A DNA stretch of 38,671 nt from Nanobdellota archaeon. Lineage in GTDB: Archaea > Nanobdellota > Nanobdellia > Pacearchaeales > GW2011-AR1. Where the stretch lies: the NCBI GenBank assembly GCA_030640565.1, contig DAOWJD010000003.1, positions 1 through 38,671 on the forward strand, written 5' to 3'. Positions 34,346-38,671 of the stretch are shown piece after piece. The position numbers and the translations under genes are program-made. The stretch's first letter is position 1. Every line of letters begins with the position of its first letter. The notes below the pieces were generated by a model. That model was not told where the DNA came from, searched no databases, and saw nothing but the letters and a program-made list of their open reading frames with translations.

Positions 34346-34762
34346 TCAAACATCCACCACCACTTGACTAACCCACCTGCCTTTATCTTTTTTTACAAAC
34401 ATATTATGATAAGTTATTGCTTTTATATGAACATCTGCATTATAATTTTTTATATCATCTCCTACAACTTCTGCTTCTATCTCAAATTCTTTCTCATTTA
34501 ATTTTAAGTTCTTTATTCTGCCTGGCAAAAAATTCTTGCTATCAAACAAAACTAAAAACTCTTCTAAAAAATTATATAATAAACTTTCAAAATCTTTTCC
34601 GTTTACCTTAACTTTATAATTTTTTTTCTCTTTAATCTTTTTATTATATAGTATATTAAACAAAGCAAGAGCAGAATTTTCAAAAACCTCGTCGGTGTTT
34701 TTACCAAAAGCTCTGAACTTTATATCTGCAGTGTGTTCTAAAAATTCAAATTTCTTTTCCAT
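34346..34762 (-). CDS. Archease (RtcB activator / RNA-enzyme chaperone)
   Basis: FEFLEHTADIKFRAFGKNTDEVFENSALALF and the C-terminal IKAITYHNMFV...VVVDV. The ATG at 34762 (TAATG overlap with the upstream stop) gives the typical length of about 139 aa. Confidence 0.88.
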   Translation of the reverse strand: MEKKFEFLEHTADIKFRAFGKNTDEVFENSALALFNILYNKKIKEKKNYKVKVNGKDFESLLYNFLEEFLVLFDSKNFLPGRIKNLKLNEKEFEIEAEVVGDDIKNYNADVHIKAITYHNMFVKKDKGRWVSQVVVDV

Positions 34763-36222
34763 TATTTCTGAAATCCCTTTGCTTTTTTCAATAAAACAAT
34801 CCATTGATTAGTCTCATCAATTATTTCTAATCCTAATTTTTGCATAATTTCTTTGAAATCTTGTTTATTTATAATGACCTTTATATATTTGTTTCGTATA
34901 ATAAATTTTTTATCTTGATAAACATATATGTTTGTTAACTTATGATTTTCTATTACTTTTTTGTTAAATAATTTAAATTCTTTATTTTTTCCTTTATCCT
35001 GTTTCTTATTTATAAACAAGAAACCTTTTTCTAGAAGATTATTAGATATAGATTTTAATATTTTAAGAGAATCTTCAAAATCTGTCGCCCAAATTTCTAT
35101 CATACCATTCTTGAAACCAATAAAATTATGGGAATACATGGCCTTAGTTGATTTTATATTTAATTCCTTTATATTTTGTAGAACATATTTCACTTTAGAA
35201 ACATTCTTTGTTTTTCTTTTAGCTATATCTAGCATTTCTTTTGAAATATCTATACCTAAGACCCTATATCTTTTTCTTAATAAATATTTTGAAAAATTAG
35301 CAGTACCTACTCCTAGTTCTACAAGTTGTTCATGCTCTAAATTATATTTTTTAAGTAATTTAATTAAGTTTCTTGCGCTTTTTGGATAATTATAAAGTTT
35401 TTCTCCGATTCCACTATATACCCTTGCTATAATTTTATTAAAATAAACACCTTTGATTTTATTCTCTGCACATTTTCTCACTACTTCATCTAAAAAAGGA
35501 CAAGAAAATGTTAATTTCAATCTAGAGTGTTGGAATAACTGTAGTGGTTTTTTCTCTGCTCTTTTAAATTTTCTTATCAGTTCATTATTTATTTTAGAAG
35601 AGGCTAAGATTAAAAATCCTATATCAGTTTTATTTTTTATTTTCTTAGTTTTTAATTTAATCAATTCTTCTACATTAATACCAAGAGATTTATGCACCTT
35701 ACTTAAAAGATAAATTAAATAACCTTCTGATAAATAATATTTTGAGATACTTTCAACATTCTTTTTAAAGTATTTTTTTCTTTTTTTTAAAAATTTAATT
35801 ATTCTTTCTTTTTCTGTTTTTTTAATTTTATTTCTTATTAAATAATCAAGAATAACCAAATTTATCAACATATCTACAGAATTATTGGATTTTGATTTCA
35901 ATCCACCAAGATATGTATAAACACCACCTTCTTTACTAAAATCAAGTTTTAATTCTTTTTTAATTGGTTTTTCGATTAAATCAAAAATATTCCTTTCTAT
36001 GATTGTAGTATCGTAATCAAAAGGATAGCCTTTGTTCCATCTTATATAATTATTTTTCTCAAAACTTTTTTGTAGTTTTGTTTTAATTTTTCCAAAATTC
36101 TCTCTTTTTAACGGTAATCCTTCCTCTAAAGCTATCTCTAATGCTAAAGAGGGTATAAAATGATGAAATATCTCTTTTTTACCTTTTGGAGATTGAATTA
36201 TTGTATTTAGTTTTCCCCCCAT
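34762..36222 (-). CDS. Two-domain protein: unknown ~290-aa N-terminal domain + class I SAM-dependent methyltransferase
   Basis: Motif I LVELGVGTANFSKYLL, then VLGIDISKEMLDIAKRK. The N-terminal region is not recognised. Confidence 0.7.
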   Translation of the reverse strand: MGGKLNTIIQSPKGKKEIFHHFIPSLALEIALEEGLPLKRENFGKIKTKLQKSFEKNNYIRWNKGYPFDYDTTIIERNIFDLIEKPIKKELKLDFSKEGGVYTYLGGLKSKSNNSVDMLINLVILDYLIRNKIKKTEKERIIKFLKKRKKYFKKNVESISKYYLSEGYLIYLLSKVHKSLGINVEELIKLKTKKIKNKTDIGFLILASSKINNELIRKFKRAEKKPLQLFQHSRLKLTFSCPFLDEVVRKCAENKIKGVYFNKIIARVYSGIGEKLYNYPKSARNLIKLLKKYNLEHEQLVELGVGTANFSKYLLRKRYRVLGIDISKEMLDIAKRKTKNVSKVKYVLQNIKELNIKSTKAMYSHNFIGFKNGMIEIWATDFEDSLKILKSISNNLLEKGFLFINKKQDKGKNKEFKLFNKKVIENHKLTNIYVYQDKKFIIRNKYIKVIINKQDFKEIMQKLGLEIIDETNQWIVLLKKAKGFQK

Positions 36223-36223
36223 C

Positions 36224-36661
36224 TTATTTCTCCCAGCAAAACAATTTCAATTGTCTTGGATTAAACTTAGTAAGTGTTGAAGTTATAAGAATTGATTGCA
36301 CATAAACATTTATTTCAGATTCTCCCTCTAACAAACATGAGCTTTCTGGAGGACAGATTTTTGCAACACATTCAAATAATTCTGGTGTTTTAGCAATTAT
36401 CTTATTCTTTGTTTCAGTAGGAAATGGAGGAAACTCATCCCATTCAATTGTTTCACTTGTTTCAAGAATCTCATTCCTTAAAGTATTGTTTAACTGTATT
36501 TCTTTTAAAATAAACATTTCAATATCATAGACTTGTTCAAAAATATCATCTCTTTGAACCCCTCCTCCGACAACAATAATAGCAGCACCAATCACTATCA
36601 AAATCGCAGCAAAAGCCTCTGCAATTCTTATCCATCCTTTATTGTTTTTTTTACTTATCAT
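36224..36661 (-). CDS. Candidate type IV pilin-like protein (class III signal peptide)
   Basis: MISKKNNKG-WIRIAEAFAAILIVIGAAIIVVGGG: a basic n-region, Gly, then a ~22-residue hydrophobic helix with Glu at +6. Located downstream of the pilus platform genes. Confidence 0.5.
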   Translation of the reverse strand: MISKKNNKGWIRIAEAFAAILIVIGAAIIVVGGGVQRDDIFEQVYDIEMFILKEIQLNNTLRNEILETSETIEWDEFPPFPTETKNKIIAKTPELFECVAKICPPESSCLLEGESEINVYVQSILITSTLTKFNPRQLKLFCWEK

Positions 36662-36680
36662 TTTAAATTTATTAACATCA

Positions 36681-37409
36681 TCACCAAATTCCTACATTTA
36701 GAGAACCGAATTCTCTGACAGCATCTTTACTTATGTATTGTATTGGAAATTCATCAACAAAAACATTTACTAAAACCTCTTTTTCTTCTGTTGAAATAAG
36801 GGTTCCATTGGCATAAATAAAATCAAGTCTAAATTCATTTCCTTGAGCAAGATTTAATTCCAATTTTAAGCTTTCATAATTATTATTATAACTTTCAATA
36901 ATTTGAATTATTCTTTTTTCAAAAATATTTTTTTCAGATTTTATAAGTCCAAAGGTATACTCTGATCCTTCACTTAATGGTTGACAATCAGACATTGTTC
37001 CTGTTTCTGTAGTGTTAAATTCTTCTGACCCATAAATTTTCAAAAATATTTCATTTCCAGGTGTTGCTACAAACAAACCCTGTCCTGAAATTTTAGCGTC
37101 GAGAACATTTCCATCCTTATTGCTTACAATAGTTCTATTCACAATGTCTACTTTATCAAAAAAACCAAGCAATTGCACACATGTTTGGGGGTTTACTGTA
37201 TCAATTAATATAGAAACACTTGTTAGCTCTGCCGAAGCCCTTTCTATTAATACCTCTTTAAAATAATCAAGTAGACCCTGATTATTTCCTGTTCCCAATG
37301 CTGGTCTAACTATTATATAAATAAAAATGATGAAAGTAACAAATATTACAAATGAAAGCACAACTCCCACATGAGATACAACTCCAAGACGAGACATTTT
37401 TCTTTTCAT
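36681..37409 (-). CDS. N-terminally anchored protein, possible pilin-like / pilus accessory protein
   Basis: MKRKMSRLG-VVSHVGVVLSFVIFVTFIIFIYII from the ATG at 37409, which lies 1 nt after the platform-gene stop. The remainder is beta-rich. Confidence 0.4.
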   Translation of the reverse strand: MKRKMSRLGVVSHVGVVLSFVIFVTFIIFIYIIVRPALGTGNNQGLLDYFKEVLIERASAELTSVSILIDTVNPQTCVQLLGFFDKVDIVNRTIVSNKDGNVLDAKISGQGLFVATPGNEIFLKIYGSEEFNTTETGTMSDCQPLSEGSEYTFGLIKSEKNIFEKRIIQIIESYNNNYESLKLELNLAQGNEFRLDFIYANGTLISTEEKEVLVNVFVDEFPIQYISKDAVREFGSLNVGIW

Positions 37410-37410
37410 A

Positions 37411-38250
37411 TCATCCTCCAAAGAGCACATTTGCTCCTGTTGCAATTAAAAATGAGAGTAATATTAAAACAAAAGAATGCCTAATTCCTGCCTTAATGTT
37501 TCCTTCTGATAATTTTCCAATAGCCAGGCCACTAAAAAATCCTTGTGCTAACAAAAGATAAAGAAAAGATGAAGATATTTCCTCTTGAGTTATTGGAGCA
37601 CCACCACCTGCACTTATTCCGGCAACTCCTCCTAAATCAGGAGCCATATCAATAAGCAAAGGAAGTATTTGAAACTGAAGTACGAGAATTATAACTATGA
37701 AAACAAAGAATATAATGTATCCTTGAACCACAAGAGTTGATATGGCAGCTTTCCTTTCTTTTTTTAATTTTTCCACAGTGCTTATTGCTTCTGTGACAGA
37801 TTCAAGTATCCCTCCTATTTCTCCTCCGCTTTTTTCTGCTTGACCTATTAATGTCAAGGCTCTTGATATTGCTCTATTTTTAATATCACGCGAAAAAGTC
37901 TGAAGAGCCTTTGCTAAAGGAATTCCTAAAGAAATTTGATTAGCTAATTTTTTAATATTTTCACTTAAAACTCCATAGGGTTTATCTTTTACATTAATTA
38001 TGCTTTTGTTTATTGGTGTTCCTGTTTTAACACTTTCAACAAGATTTCTTGAGAACTCTAAAAACATTTCTTCTTTTTCAGTAGAAATTCTTGTTTCATT
38101 AATTATTGAGAATACAAAAGGAGCAACACCAATCAAAATACCAGTTCCAAAGACAAAAAAGAAAAATCTTGTTCCAAATAAGAAAAAAGAGAATATAATA
38201 ATAGCTATAGAGAGACCAATCATGATCCAGTGTATTTTTTGAAATTTCAT
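37411..38250 (-). CDS. Type IV pilus / archaellum-type platform protein, T2SSF domain (TadC/FlaJ-like, second unit)
   Basis: N-terminal TM helices. T2SSF-type core NLVESVKTGTPINKSI...LGIPLAKALQTF...RALTLIGQAEKSGGEIGGILESV. C-terminal TM helices. Confidence 0.75.
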   Translation of the reverse strand: MKFQKIHWIMIGLSIAIIIFSFFLFGTRFFFFVFGTGILIGVAPFVFSIINETRISTEKEEMFLEFSRNLVESVKTGTPINKSIINVKDKPYGVLSENIKKLANQISLGIPLAKALQTFSRDIKNRAISRALTLIGQAEKSGGEIGGILESVTEAISTVEKLKKERKAAISTLVVQGYIIFFVFIVIILVLQFQILPLLIDMAPDLGGVAGISAGGGAPITQEEISSSFLYLLLAQGFFSGLAIGKLSEGNIKAGIRHSFVLILLSFLIATGANVLFGG

Positions 38251-38251
38251 A

Positions 38252-38671
38252 TTAGGTTTTAGGTTGTTTTATATGTAAGAATGTCAGGAAAAAAAGATTG
38301 ACAAGTGAAACTGCAAGTATCATCACAAGACTAATCATAGAAGGACTTAACGAAATCCCTAAACCGCTTATTCTCATCATCATCAGCACTAACATTAAAA
38401 CCATAGGAGCAGCAATAACAATGCTGATATATATGTCCATGAGTGTTTCAGCAGTCTTTAATTGTTTTTCCATCTCTAATTTATGCTCAAAAAGAAGAGT
38501 TTTAGATCTTTCTCCAAAGAATTCCGGAAGATTTCCTCCTGATGTTATTGTTGTTGCCAGTCCATTAAACACATCAGCAAGTTTTCTGCTCGGGCTGTTA
38601 AACGACCTATTTCTAAGAGCAGTAACAAGGTCATAACCATAAATATTTATTTCATTTTGAAGTTTTATAAA
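38252..38671 (-). CDS. T2SSF-domain platform protein (TadB/FlaJ-like, first unit), 5' end beyond the window
   Basis: My manual translation shows the frame open to the window edge (FIKLQNEINIYGYDLVTALRNRSFNSPSRKLADVFNGLATTITSGGNLPEFF...). C-terminal TM helices follow. Confidence 0.7.
   Translation of the reverse strand, partial: FIKLQNEINIYGYDLVTALRNRSFNSPSRKLADVFNGLATTITSGGNLPEFFGERSKTLLFEHKLEMEKQLKTAETLMDIYISIVIAAPMVLMLVLMMMRISGLGISLSPSMISLVMILAVSLVNLFFLTFLHIKQPKT

Noticed and set aside
1-38671. Scan for tRNA, rRNA, CRISPR arrays and reverse-transcriptase/DGR components.
   Set aside because: No intergenic gap longer than about 170 nt exists. I saw no GTTCGAATC-type T-loops or cloverleaf-compatible GC-rich segments, no regularly spaced 25-40-nt repeats and no RT motifs. 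This is a by-eye result only; tRNAscan-SE, Infernal or CRT would be decisive.
1-38671. Alternative genetic code (stop-codon reassignment).
   Set aside because: TAA, TAG and TGA all terminate ORFs at positions consistent with full-length recognisable proteins; for example TGA ends mre11 and the deaminase, and TAG ends aCPSF1. No in-frame stops interrupt conserved domains apart from the A9 frameshift.

Overview
Visibly AT-rich, very gene-dense archaeal segment with about 40 protein-coding genes. By eye I found no rRNA, tRNA or CRISPR array. Archaeal identity rests on recognisable proteins: RNase J, Mre11/Rad50, proteasome beta subunit, aCPSF1, a class I CCA-adding enzyme, TrmB and Lrp regulators, a presenilin-type protease, RtcB plus archease, and FlaJ/TadC-type pilus platform proteins. 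It is also supported by palindromic TTTATAAA TATA boxes centred about 26 nt upstream of several start codons. The small proteins, TAATG/ATGA stop-start overlaps, shared convergent stop codons and many secreted Cys-rich proteins suggest a reduced, DPANN-like genome; this is inference. The left part (1-21.6 kb) is mostly information processing and housekeeping. It is interrupted by a two-gene AbrB-nucleotidyltransferase cassette flanked by imperfect direct repeats, and by a split copy of a conserved archaeal triad (GTPase, small protein, Zn-ribbon protein). The right part is accessory-looking. It holds (i) a co-directional array at 21.6-30.9 kb of seven exported or membrane-anchored proteins of unknown function, with a divergent tandem-Lrp regulator; (ii) a methyltransferase-archease-RtcB RNA-repair string with a free-standing LAGLIDADG endonuclease wedged between archease and rtcB; and (iii) a type IV pilus-like locus running off the 3' edge. 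The array proteins include a PKD domain, a He_PIG domain with an HEFGH site, Cys-rich NAH-repeat modules, an FGase-like hydrolase and a beta-barrel-like protein. The aCPSF1 gene carries a +1 frameshift in an A9 run. The surface-protein array is my best candidate for an undescribed system. All family calls are by-eye motif recognition with no database search.
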